A stretch of 63,413 nt of DNA, the filler included, from Octopus bimaculoides (taxonomy: Eukaryota): the NCBI RefSeq assembly GCF_001194135.2. It is 7 parts of 6 records of this genome, joined end to end, with 100 filler letters (N's around TTAATTAATTAA, not from the genome) between each part and the next. Parts side by side here need not be neighbours in the genome. Positions count along the whole stretch, not along the records: positions 39,665 to 55,548 come from NC_069004.1; positions 55,649 to 61,789 come from NC_069008.1; positions 61,890 to 63,413 come from NW_026363275.1; 4 more parts are not named here. One strand, given 5' to 3'. Position 1 is the stretch's first letter, and every line of letters starts with the position of its first letter. A program made the position numbers and the translations under genes. The notes under the pieces are model-generated. The model had not been told where the DNA came from and ran no database searches. It saw only the letters and a program-made list of their open reading frames with translations. Shown one piece after another: positions 49,920-63,413 of the stretch.

Positions 49920-50486
49920 TATTGGATCTTTTTTAAAACGGGGGCCACATTTTTCATTAATGTTTTACGTAGTGTTTTTGGTACGGAAAGACTTTCAAAC
50001 TTCGTATACTTATCTATTTTGTGTTATAGAACAGAAAAATATTTTTGTATTCGAATTTATTTCATGTAAAAAATTGTCCTATTTCGATAATTTCAACCAA
50101 TCACTGACAAGTATTCAGTTGTTTATATTTACTCCTTTGGCTGATTAAGCGATGTAAAGCGTATTTAATTTCCATAGCTTCGTTTTGCTTTTTTCTTTTT
50201 AAATTTGCTGTTTTACCCTAACCCTAACCCTATCACCGATAGAATTGTTTCAGAATCGTTTCTTTATGTAGTCGGCACTTAATGTATATCGGCTGAATGG
50301 ACGTCAGTGATTGGTTGAAATTACAGAAATACGACAACTTTAACATGGAATAACTTAGGGATTTCTTTTTTTTTAAAGAAGACTAAGAGAAAAAGATGTT
50401 TTATATGACACATTCTACCAGTGTTCCAAGTTTCAAAGTGTTTCGTTAATGAAAAATGTGGCCCCCGTTTTAAAAAAGATCCCATA
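49920..50486. mobile_element. MITE with about 41-bp terminal inverted repeats in TA context
   Basis: The left end tattggatcttttttaaaacgggggccacatttttcattaa matches the reverse complement of the right end with one mismatch. Internal (CCCTAA)n at about 50214-50232. No ORF. Confidence 0.85.
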
Positions 50487-53400
50487 TATTACATATATGT
50501 AATATACATATAAGCAATATATAAACAAGCCTTAACCAAAACACGCACCATGTACACATAAAGAAACACTTTTAAAGGTTTGTAATTAAAAATAATACGT
50601 TCCTAGATTCTCTAATAAAATAAACTATCAATACCTTTAGCTTAACACAGCTAATAAACCAGACGATTATCACCCCATAAAAAAACCTTTATCCTCTTCA
50701 CTCTTGACCAAAGCAAAATTAAAAACAAGTTCGTAAAAGCAACTAATACCACTTACTCAATGAGGAACTCCTAACCTTCTTATGACTTTAATTAGTTTAA
50801 CAGATCAATTTAAAAGGAAAAAGAAAAACTCTTCCAATATCAAAGCAAATACCACACATAGATCATTCTAGCATGACATTAATATTTGGAAACGTAATGA
50901 AATACACGCCATATCTTCTAATCAACAAAATAAACTTTACCAAAAAATCAGTTTTAATTAAATGGATAATTTTAAGTTCAGTAAATATATAACCCAATAA
51001 AATTATTAAAAGTAAACGCAGACCCGCGGCCCGATCAACAGATTCAAACAAAATAAACACTTGACCACCAAAAGTAATCAATGATGAGGCACTAAAATAA
51101 CAGCCAGCCAACAGATACAAACAGTGGACCACATGCACAGACACATAGATATACCACTAAACCGAGCTGTAACAGTTCTCGCATGAAGATTGCGGTGGCG
51201 TGAAATTTTACTCGTGAGAAGGCGAGTCACCGAGTGACAACGTAAATAAACTCTTGACAATAAAGTCGGGCGTTCGATTCGCAGTCCGGTAGGAGCCCGT
51301 GTTAGGCTCCTCAGTTTACAGTGCAAAAAGGAATATTAAGACAGCTTAATCGCCCAGTCATAGTTTACAATTCAGTGTTGCAGTGTTATGATCTGAAGGC
51401 TTCAGGCAAGAAGGGGGATACTTCAACCAATAGACTGCCATCTCTTATATTCATGATCTTACATAAGGCGGCGAGCTGTCAAAATCGTTACCAAGCCGGG
51501 CCAAAGGCATAGCGGCATTTTGTCCATCTTTACTTTCTGGATTCAAATTCTGTCGAGTACGACGTTTCCTTTCATCTTTTCGAGATCGACAAAATAATTA
51601 CCAGCCCTGGGGTCGATTCAATCTATTTATACACCCCACCCCCACCAGCAAAAAAATGTTGCTGACTTTGTGCCAAAAGTTTGATACCAATGTTTATACT
51701 TTTATCAATCTCGGAAAAAAGGAAGACAAAACTGACGTCAGCAGGATCTGAACTTGAAACGTAAAGAATCCAATGTAACGTCCCAATTTATGAGGCTATT
51801 GAAAGAAAACATTGCTCTCTAACACAATCACATCGCCACAAATTTTGAGGAGAGTTTCCTAGTATAATGTTGCAGCTTCCAACTTGCTTCCACCAGTTTT
51901 CCTCTCACCTTGTACTGTGATTTAACTGCCTTGCTTTTACAATTTTCCTTTCCTCAAGCAGGGTTTGTGGTTGGATGTCGTTCTCGTTGAACAATTCTTG
52001 GCATATTTTTCACCGATTTGCCAAGGACTCGTTGAGCTGTCTCATATTTAATTATTTTCAAGATGTTCTATTTTTCTTCAAGATCTATGTTTCTCTTTCC
52101 ATTTTCCCAAAGCCTTATCCAGCTTTCCTGAAATTCCTGTTTCTTTTGGGGGGTCTCTGAGCTTCATGATGTTTAATTTATTTTCTGGTGGGCCTTTAGT
52201 CTTTCTGGGGGAGTGTACCGACTCAGTACTTAACCGACTCAGTATTCAACCGGTACTTATTTTATCGACTCTAGATCAATGAATGACAAAGATAACCTCA
52301 ACCGGATTTGAACTGAGAACATAAAGGACTAAAGTCACAAATAGTAAAGCTTTTTGTCCACCATTCTACCAATGTATTACATTGTGTACAAAATTTAATT
52401 GTTTCTTTTTCTTTTTGCTTTTCGTCAGTTAGCGTTATTTCCCTTTTGCTTCTGTCTCGAAATCAAAGGAAATCACTACGATTCTGTTCAAATCTTTGCT
52501 TTTGTGGCCAGACATCAACGTTTTGAAACTGATCTCTTTCCCATTACATTTCAGATAGATTCAGCACTGAGCTGCTGAAGCAGAAATATCGTAAACTCCC
52601 CCCCACAAAAAAAACAACAACCTTTAACTTGTCAAAGGTTATATGAAGACGAAAAACAAAACAGAGTAAAATACAACCTGAAAAAGGCGAGCAAGTTGAA
52701 ACTTCTAAGTCACTATCAAACTTTTTCATGTAAAAGTATAATAAACATAGGCTATAATACTTTCTAGGGGTACACAAATAGGAAATAACAGTTGCTACCC
52801 AAGGACAGAAATCGTGTTACACGGTGTTTTCAGTCTGCTGAAAACAAAACATTGTTTTCAAACATAATCACAACTGCACAATTTTTTGTGGGAAGTTTAC
52901 AATCGGTTAAAGAATTGATTTAACTTACATAAAGATTAAATCAGAATTTAATTACAAAGAAATAAAGAAAAAGGAAGACAAAATGGGTGAACGATTAAGC
53001 AGCAGAAGATGGAGGAGTAGGGTGCACCCCCAAAATGAATGGTGTGATCAACCGCGCCTTGCAGACATGATCGCGATGGTGCTGCTGTAGAGAAAGGCCG
53101 GCGACACTCGCTGCAGCGGTCATTCCACCTAGCTGGGCTCTAAATCGACTCAAAAATACCTGACAATAATTTATTTTATCAATTCCAGACCGACGGAAAA
53201 TAAAGGTGATCTCGTCAGAATTTAAACTCAGAACATAAGATACTGTAACTAGACACTACATGGAACTTTTTTTATCGAAGTTCTAACGATTCTACCATTC
53301 TCTGCCCTATTTCTTAACCAACATTTCCTTAAATTCCAGACTTTATATATTAAACCATCGTGCTTAAAGAACTTTTTCCATCAACACAAAAAAAAAAAAA

Positions 53401-54409
53401 AAATCTGGAAACATAAGTAAAACTTTCCCCATTTTACTTCAAGAATCTTTATATGATAATCTCTCACAGACCACTAACACCATTATAACCACCACTAACA
53501 CCGCCGCCACCAGCACCAGCGCCAGCACCACCACTACCACCGCTACCTCCACCGCGACAACCACCACAACCAATACCACCGATACTAGAAACCACACCAT
53601 CACCCCTACTACAAATCCATCCCCCATCACAATAACCACCACTACCANNNNNNNNNNNNNNNNNNNNNNNNNNNNNNNNNNNNNNNNNNNNNNNNNNNNN
53701 NNNNNNNNNNNNNNNNNNNNNNNNNNNNNNNNNNNNNNNNNNNNNNNNNNNNNNNNNNNNNNNNNNNNNNNNNNNNNNNNNNNNNNNNNNNNNNNNNNNN
53801 NNNNNNNNNNNNNNNNNNNNNNNNNNNNNNNNNNNNNNNNNNNNNNNNNNNNNNNNNNNNNNNNNNNNNNNNNNNNNNNNNNNNNNNNNNNNNNNNNNNN
53901 NNNNNNNNNNNNNNNNNNNNNNNNNNNNNNNNNNNNNNNNNNNNNNNNNNNNNNNNNNNNNNNNNNNNNNNNNNNNNNNNNNNNNNNNNNNNNNNNNNNN
54001 NNNNNNNNNNNNNNNNNNNNNNNNNNNNNNNNNNNNNNNNNNNNNNNNNNNNNNNNNNNNNNNNNNNNNNNNNNNNNNNNNNNNNNNNNNNNNNNNNNNN
54101 NNNNNNNNNNNNNNNNNNNNNNNNNNNNNNNNNNNNNNNNNNNNNNNNNNNNNNNNNNNNNNNNNNNNNNNNNNNNNNNNNNNNNNNNNNNNNNNNNNNN
54201 NNNNNNNNNNNNNNNNNNNNNNNNNNNNNNNNNNNNNNNNNNNNNNNNNNNNNNNNNNNNNNNNNNNNNNNNNNNNNNNNNNNNNNNNNNNNNNNNNNNN
54301 NNNNNNNNNNNNNNNNNNNNNNNNNNNNNNNNNNNNNNNNNNNNNNNNNNNNNNNNNNNNNNNNNNNNNNNNNNNNNNNNNNNNNNNTGTCCGTCGCGGG
54401 AACGATTCT

Positions 54410-55080
54410 TTTCTACTCTAGACACAAGGCTCGGAATTTTGGGGAGGGGATGGGCAGTCGATTAGATTAATCCCAGTACACAACTGGTACTTAATTTATC
54501 GACCCCCAAAGGATGAAAGGTAAAGTCGCCCTCGGCGGAATTTGAACTCAGAACGTAAAAACTGACGAAATACCGCTAAGAGATTTCGCCCGGCGAGCCA
54601 AACGTTTCTTATTTCTTTATTGCCCACACGGGGCTAAATATAGGGAGCGACAGACAAGGACAGACAAAGGGATTAAGTCGATTACATCGACCCCAGTGCG
54701 TAACTGGTACTTATTTAATCGACACCAAAACGATAAAAGGCAAAGTCGATCCCGTCGGAATTTGAACTCAGAACGTAACGGCAGACGAAATACCGCAAAG
54801 CATTCCGTCCGGTCAGCTAATGTTTCTACCAGCTCGCCGCATTAGGTTCCAAGACTATTGATTTTAATGATTTTAAATATTGATTTCAAATTTTGGTACA
54901 AGGCCAAAACTTTCAGAGGAAAGGGCAAGTCGATTACATCGTCCCCAGTGTTCAACTGGTACTTATTTTATCGGCTCCGATAGGATGTATTTGCAAAAGT
55001 CAAATATGGTCGAATTTGAACTCAGAAATGCCGATAAGTATTTTGCTCGGCATACTAAGGATTTTGCCCACTCGCCACCC
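54410..55080 (-). mobile_element. Head-to-tail run of three family C SINEs (middle copy has the long tail)
   Basis: Core repeated three times on the minus strand. The long tail ttcttatttctttattgcccacacggggc begins at about 54606. Further single copies lie near 3715-3810, 22690-23045, 49715-49885, 51465-51780, 52240-52380, 53150-53300 and 59055-59225. Confidence 0.78.
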
Positions 55081-55299
55081 TAAAAAGGCACCACTGATAT
55101 TAGCAGCGCCACCGCCAGGAGAATTGGAAGAGAGTCTAAGGAAAAGTCGAAAATGCAAAGAAAAGCAATTCTTAACTCTGCAGAAACTTCGTTAGAAGTG
55201 TACTTGCGTATATGCGTCTTTATATGTTTATATACACGCCTGCGGGAACAGACATACAAGCACACCCACATACACACACAGGCATACTCTCTCTCTCTT

Positions 55300-55353
<54 letters not shown>

Positions 55354-56435
55354 TCTCTCTCACTCTCACTCTCTCTTTGACACACACACGCAGATATATC
55401 TACTTGGGGTGAGGATATGTGTGTGCCTGCACTGATATGTATGTATATATGTGTATGTATATATGTGTGTTTGTGTGTGTGTATCTATACATATATGTAT
55501 ATATTTGTATATATATGTATGTATATGTATATATATATATATATATATNNNNNNNNNNNNNNNNNNNNNNNNNNNNNNNNNNNNNNNNNNNNTTAATTAA
55601 TTAANNNNNNNNNNNNNNNNNNNNNNNNNNNNNNNNNNNNNNNNNNNNTATATACATATATCTATACACACATATAAATGCGTATATATATATATGTGTG
55701 TGTGTATATATATACACACATATAATCGCATGTACACACACACGCATATATATATATATATATAGGTCTGTTTGTGTGTGCGTGTGTGCATACACTCACG
55801 CATATACATATAGACACGTAGAAAGCACAGGCAGCCATGCTGTGTGCCACCGACAGTCAGCCATTTTTAAATAGCAGCCAATAGCCCTCCCCAACCTAAC
55901 CACAACCATCCCCCCTCAGCCACCTGAAAATAAACGAAAATAAAATCAAATAAAGACACAAATAAAAAGCCACCATGTTGTTTTCTCAGTGAAAATGTTT
56001 TTGCCAAGAAATTGTTAAGAATTTCGCAAAGAAATTGTTTAAGAATTTCTTTGGGAAAACTTCTCTGGGTTTTGCATTCTTTTAAATTTGTTATTCTGCA
56101 GAAAAGAAGAACAAGAAGATGGAGACGATAGAAAAGATGAAGACGAAAAGAGACGAAAGGAGACGATGACAAAACACAATGTCACCGAGAAGAAACAATA
56201 TGTCTGTATAGAAGACATGTCTTACTTGTAACTTCCGCTCGCCGCTCTATGTCTCCACTTCCGGTAACGTTCATGTGTCAACGTGGAGCTGTTTAGAAGG
56301 GGTGGAGGAGAGGAGGCAGATGGAGGCAGAAGAGGAAGAAGAGGCGACCAATTTCTTGTTTTGATTCCGTGTTTTCGTTTTCTCAAGACATTTGGCATCA
56401 ACTGAAGAAGATAACGTCAAACACATCTCCTTCTT

Positions 56436-56481
<46 letters not shown>

Positions 56482-56556
56482 TTTCTTCCTTTTTTTATTT
56501 CTTTCTCTCTTTCTCTCTTTCTTTCTTTCTTTCTTTCTTTCTTCCTTTCTTCCTTC

Positions 56557-56605
<49 letters not shown>

Positions 56606-57221
56606 TCGCTCTTTCATTTCTTCTCTCCTTCTCTCACTTCTTTTCCTTCTCTTTCTTCCTCTTTCGGTTTCCTTCTCTCTTGTCCTTTCTCTTCCGCTCA
56701 CCCTTCCTTCTCCACTCTTTCCTCCTTTCTTTCCTTCTCACTCCCTTTCCCAATCTCTCTGCCTCTTTCTCTCTCTCTGCCTCTCTCTCTCTCTCTCTGC
56801 CCCTCTCTCTCTCTCTCTCACACATTTTCTCACTCAAAAGTGTACTCAAAACTCAGCATAAGAAACATATGGCACATACATAGACACATACATACATACA
56901 CTTACACACATACATACATACACACAAATACATACATATTTCCACACACACGTACGTATACTCACATACATACACACACGTACGTACACACACATATATA
57001 CACACAAATATGCCCATTTGCATACATACACACACACAAACATACATATGTACATGCATGCATTGTTTACAAGTTCGAATCACTACTTCTCGCTTCCCTG
57101 GTTCAATCCCAGGGTGCTGTTAGAAAGTTCCTGACCACAACCTCAGGTTGGTCCGAAGCTACCGTGCAATGACCAGTTCAACACACACACACACACACAC
57201 ACGCACACCGACACACACACA

Positions 57222-57260
<39 letters not shown>

Positions 57261-58145
57261 CATACACACACAACACACACATGCACATTCTGTCGAGCCC
57301 AAAGTTTCACAATATTTTGGTGACTTTTTTTTGCATTATTCGTCAAGTTATAACAACAAAAGCCGTCTAGCATTCAAAGTAGTGGCCACGGTGTATACGC
57401 ACGTATACACACATACACATGCACGTATGCACAGGACCAGTTTGAAATTGCCCGTCTAAACTCCACGTGCTATAGGGTCAAAATACCACCGCAGTGAATA
57501 TAATGGCGAAGTAAATATATAAATTTATATCAATAAGGATAAGATGAGGCAAAACATTTCTTATGCAAAGCCAGAAATCCGGGATCTGGAATTATCCAGT
57601 AATTTTTTGCTAGTTTATTTTGTCTCTTTGTCTTCTCTCCTGGTGCTGTATGAACATTTAATGTGGTTTTAGAGTCAAGTTTTGACTGCTATATCTCGCA
57701 CGGTGGTATCTTTTAGATACCTTTTATTGTAATTATATATATATATATCGAGGGCATGAGAGGTATTGGTGTCAAGAAGACCCAAAGGTGTCAGGTAACG
57801 CTGAGTAAGTGCTATGGACAGACTATAGTTAAGCTCCAGGTTCGATAATGATACGAATGAGGAGTCCAACGTAGGTCATTTATTAGCATGCATATATATA
57901 AAAATTAACAGAATGAGATAAAAAAATCTAAAGCTGTGAATTGTTTTCAGAACATTTATAAAGAGAAAGATCTTACAGCTGTTTCCGGGATATTTTATAT
58001 ATCCCATCATCAGAGACGGTGCGAGAATATCCTTAAGTAATAGTTATTATAGAGAAGATATGAAATACAGAGTGGAGGAAAGAAAACAGACGTGAGATAC
58101 GTATATATATATATATATATATATATACATACACACACACACACA

Positions 58146-58246
<101 letters not shown>

Positions 58247-59730
58247 ACATACATATACACACACACACTCACACACATGTATATATACATACATGTATGT
58301 ATTATTTTTCCTATACCACATCTTTCCCCACCGCCACACCACTACCACCACCACCACTTCCATCCATATCTCACCTCATCATCTAAACCATACCGATCCT
58401 AAAACCCTGCCTGATTAAGTCTCCCACGATCTAATGCCGAGACATCAGACCCTGGGAGAGTTTTATCTTGTATTGTAATGGCGGCGACAAGGAGAAAGAC
58501 AACGAAAACGAAATGGAAGCGAGCAGACGACAGAGAGCGGAGGAGGTGGAGGGGAGAGAAAAGTGAGTTTGATGGCTACGTTGATTAATCAGCTGGATAT
58601 CGTTAAATATGGATGGATGTATCTTCTCATTAAGGCTTAAGTTGGGTTTAAAACGGCGAGGCGTTGAAATGAATAAAAATATCTGTGTGCGTGCGCGTGT
58701 ATGTTGGTATGTATGCATGCGTGCATGCATGTATGTATATATCTCTCTCTCTCACTCTCCCCTCTCTCTCCCCCTCTCTCCCCCTCTCTCCCCCTTGCTC
58801 TCTCCCTTGCTCTCCCCCTCTCTCTATATATCAATATATATTTATATACACACGAACATATACATATGTATGTTGTGTATGTATGTATGTATGTATGTAT
58901 GTATGTATGTATATATGTGTGTTTGTGTGTGCGTGTGTATATGTGTGTGTGTGTTTGTGCGTTCGTATATGTTAATATATGTTTATACACACGCACCACA
59001 CATACACACACAGACGCTCGCACACACACACATATGTATATATATACGCATAAAGGCGGTCAGCTAGTTGAATTGCTACCGCAGCAAGCCAAACGCTTGA
59101 TGGCATTTCGTCTGAGGTCCACTTTGCCTTTCATTCTTTCGGGGTCGATGAAACAAATACCAGTTGTGTGCTGGTGGGGGTCGATGCAATCGATTTAACC
59201 CCTTCCCCCACCCACCGCCAAAATTACATATGCATATATATATATATATATANNNNNNNNNNNNNNNNNNNNNNNNNNNNNNNNNNNNNNNNNNNNNNNN
59301 NNNNNNNNNNNNNNNNNNNNNNNNNNNNNNNNNNNNNNNNNNNNNNNNNNNNNNNNNNNNNNNNNNNNNNNNNNNNNNNNNNNNNNNNNNNNNNNNNNNN
59401 NNNNNNNNNNNNNNNNNNNNNNNNNNNNNNNNNNNNNNNNNNNNNNNNNNNNNNNNNNNNNNNNNNNNNNNNNNNNNNNNNNNNNNNNNNNNNNNNNNNN
59501 NNNNNNNNNNNNNNNNNNNNNNNNNNNNNNNNNNNNNNNNNNNNNNNNNNNNNNNNNNNNNNNNNNNNNNNNNNNNNNNNNNNNNNNNNNNNNNNNNNNN
59601 NNNNNNNNNNNNNNNNNNNNNNNNNNNNNNNNNNNNNNNNNNNNNNNNNNNNNNNNNNNNNNNNNNNNNNNNNNNNNNNNNNNNNNNNNNNNNNNNNNNN
59701 NNNNNNNNNNNNNNNNNNNNNNNNNNNNNN

Positions 59731-60234
59731 CCATCACAGCTTTTTGGATCCAGGCGAAACCATTACGGCGGAGAAGTACTTTCAGCAAATGGATGAAATG
59801 CATACGAAACTCCGACAACAATAGCCAGCATTGGTCAATAGAAAAGGACCAATTCTTCTCCATGACAACGCTCGGCCACATGTCGTAGAACTGACCCTGC
59901 AGAAGTTGAACGAATTGGGCTGCGAAACTCTGCCTCATCCGCCATACTCACCAGACCTCTCGCCTACCGACTGCCACTTTTTCAAGCATCTCGACAACTC
60001 TCTGCGTGAGAAATACTTCAAAAACCGAGACGATGCCAAACACACCTTCAACGCCTTCATCGCCACCAGAACGCAGGGTTTTTACGCTACTGGCATAAAT
60101 AAACGTGTTTCGCGTCGGCAAAAGTGTGTCGATTCTGAAGGTGTTTATTTCGATTAATAAAGCTTTGTTTGAGCCGAGATATGCGCATCTGAATTCAAAG
60201 GTTAAAAACCGCAAGAACTTTCTTGGCAGCCTAA
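59731..60234 (+). mobile_element. Mariner transposon, 3' half (DD34D), degenerate
   Basis: TITAEKY...ILLHDNARPH...LPHPPYSPDLSPTDCHFF has D34D spacing, with an in-frame TAG at 59821. The right TIR aaaaaccgcaagaactttcttggcagcctaa is followed by TA and resembles Hsmar1-type TIRs. The 5' half is in a gap. Confidence 0.92.
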
Positions 60235-60489
60235 TATTTTGTTCATCACAGATTCATTTGTCTGGATCAGAGAAAGAAATCTGTTTCTTGCAAAAAATAC
60301 ATCTATAGCAAACTTTTCTCAGGCACCCTTAAAATGATGCTGTGGACCCAGTTTTCTATTTTGCCTATGTGGACCCCACACCCAACAACTCGTATGGAAT
60401 CCCAGGGGGGGGGGCGTCCATATAAGATTTTGTGAACCACTGAGATGAAGTAATCACTATGTATCTACATATGTGGGTGTTCTTAGACA

Positions 60490-61425
<936 letters not shown>

Positions 61426-61749
61426 GGTACAGAAGAGACACTTGAGGAGTTTGCAAAACTATAAAACCAGCTGCCATTTTTGTAAACGGGTTAATGGCTT
61501 TGGGGACGGTTCGTTAAGAATGACTCTAGATGGAAATAGGTCGGTATAGAGAAGGAGAGAGAGAGGGGGTAGATAGCGCGTGCGTGTGTGTATTTGAGGG
61601 ATGTCGGTGGGAAGAGGGGCACTGTATGTGCGAGTGTGTTTGTGTGTGTGACAGAGACAGGGGGGACACGACAAGACAATAAAAGATGTGTGTAATGTTG
61701 TGAGGAAGTGTGTATGTATGTACATACGTGTATATACATATATATATAT

Positions 61750-61789
<40 letters not shown>

Positions 61790-61890
61790 NNNNNNNNNNN
61801 NNNNNNNNNNNNNNNNNNNNNNNNNNNNNNNNNTTAATTAATTAANNNNNNNNNNNNNNNNNNNNNNNNNNNNNNNNNNNNNNNNNNNNT

Positions 61891-62838
61891 TATAAATTTG
61901 ATGAGACAGCCACGCATATGTTCATTGTAGCACTCTCTGGGTGTGATTTTCTAACTTCCATAATATGTATACCTATTGACATTGTGGTCCTACATTTTTC
62001 CTACACTTTCGACAGTGATATTGCATGCCGTGTATTTCGCTTTGTGGTAGCTGTAGCAATAATCAATTCCGCTTTGATTGTGTTTGTTATAGCAGTCGAT
62101 AGATACATTCTCATATGTCGACCCCTTAAGCAAAATATTTCCGTTAAGAATTCAAAATTAATTTTAATATTTTTAACAATCTTCGCGATTATTGTTACTA
62201 TACCAGCAATTTTTCTACACGGCAAGCAAAAAAAAATGGTGAAACGATGTGGAAATATTGGGGGAGTATGTTCACCTTCTCCCAATGTAAATGGCATAAT
62301 GCATCCTCTTGTCTACTATACTACTGGATTGACCGTTTGCTGTTGTATGTTGATTATTATTTTGATTATATACTTATTAATTGGAATGCGCATTTGGAAA
62401 ATTTACAAAGCGAAGAAAAATAAAGCAAATCAGTTTCGCGAAGCCTTCACAACTCGTACCATTTCCAAACCTGAAGGTCAGTTTACAGATATTAGTTCTT
62501 CAGAGAAGCGATCTACCTCTTTTGCACGTCTTAGAAAACAATCAATGCCACCAGTTCGGTCTAGTTTAATATTCTTTGTCATCAGTTTAGTCTGGATTAT
62601 CGCTTATCTACCATATTTCGTTGGAATATTCTGGAGGTTGCTTGTTAAAGATTTTGAAGACGTTGCAAGTGATAAAGAACAGATAATTTGCAAATTATTA
62701 ACTTATTCTTTTTATCTCAGCTCTGCTCTTAATCCGTATATTTACGGACTTTTCAGTCAACAGTTTCGTAATGAATTGCTTGCTTTATTTCGCAACATTT
62801 TCCAATTATGTAAAAAACAAAATATCGAAACTCATTGA
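61891..62838 (+). CDS. Intronless class A peptide-receptor-like GPCR (CCK/orexin-receptor-like orphan group), 5'-partial
   Basis: The frame is open from the gap edge (YKFDETATH-MFIVALSGCDF, i.e. ICL1 then TM2). Motifs: AVDRYILICRP, IPAI, TM6 IAYLPYF, TM7 SSALNPYIY and FSQQFR. TM1 and the N-terminus are missing in the gap. Confidence 0.9.
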   Translation, partial: YKFDETATHMFIVALSGCDFLTSIICIPIDIVVLHFSYTFDSDIACRVFRFVVAVAIINSALIVFVIAVDRYILICRPLKQNISVKNSKLILIFLTIFAIIVTIPAIFLHGKQKKMVKRCGNIGGVCSPSPNVNGIMHPLVYYTTGLTVCCCMLIIILIIYLLIGMRIWKIYKAKKNKANQFREAFTTRTISKPEGQFTDISSSEKRSTSFARLRKQSMPPVRSSLIFFVISLVWIIAYLPYFVGIFWRLLVKDFEDVASDKEQIICKLLTYSFYLSSALNPYIYGLFSQQFRNELLALFRNIFQLCKKQNIETH

Positions 62839-63101
62839 ATTCATCACTTTATAATCTTTCGCAAGTGGAACATATCGCCTAAAATGAACACTACAAGTTC
62901 TTCCCAGTTTAAAATGTATAGAAATTAAGAGGGTTTTTTTCTTTTTCTTTTTCTTCTTTCGCTTGAACAACTGGTATACACGAATCGCCATATAAGACAG
63001 TTTTACTTCAACATTTGAGCATTAAAAGAAATAAAACGGTCAGAATATGTAACTCACTGAACTAATTAAAGGGTATTTGGTGAGTACCGCGTGCCTGTAT
63101 A

Positions 63102-63413
63102 TCTATATATATAAAAATGAGAATGTGTGTCTGTTTGTCTGTCTGTCTGTGTTCCCCTAAAACTCGAGAACTACACAACCAATTTCATTCAAATTTTACA
63201 CATGTCTTACTTAGGGTTCCGGTTGTGTTTTAGTCAAAAAAATTATTAACTTCTTGCATAGTTCGAGCCCACAGCAACATCATATCTCCTCCACTATTTA
63301 AGTATTACGTGTCAAAAGTGAAACAAAAACACTCATGTCAAATACTTTCACTTTAAAAATGAAACTATTCCACTAACTGAAACAATCACATTTCGATACT
63401 GTAATGACAGATA
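63102..63413 (+). mobile_element. Helitron-type element, 5' end (runs off the window)
   Basis: A|TCTATATATATAAAA start followed by (GTCT)n. 63375-63413 matches 10081-10119 of the first Helitron at 38 of 39 positions. Confidence 0.7.

Overview
AT-rich, microsatellite-dense eukaryotic DNA with many assembly gaps. The SINE families and repeat landscape suggest an octopus or other coleoid cephalopod (inference; no database search was run). Host genes: two coding exons of TLCD5/TMEM136 (minus strand, 3' part off-window) and two intronless class A GPCRs (28249-29265 minus, complete; 61891-62838 plus, N-terminus lost in a gap). RNA-derived loci: a U6 snRNA pseudogene abutting a SINE head and a tRNA-Ile(AAT) pseudogene. 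Mobile DNA: a Helitron Rep remnant and a second Helitron 5' end, a DD34D mariner, a DD41D Tc1/mariner fragment, a TIR MITE and many tRNA-derived SINE copies. The most unusual structure is at about 29.7-38.7 kb: a head-to-tail array of four roughly 1.8-1.9 kb ORF1-only (gag-like, CCHC) L1/Tx1-type units, followed by a fifth, different unit that carries an APE endonuclease. The ORF1-only units end in an AATAAA tail that closely matches the 3' tail of a SINE family dispersed in this window, and their 3' UTRs contain a hairpin with compensatory base changes. Six 44N-TTAATTAATTAA-44N spacers are artificial contig joins, so order across them is not reliable.
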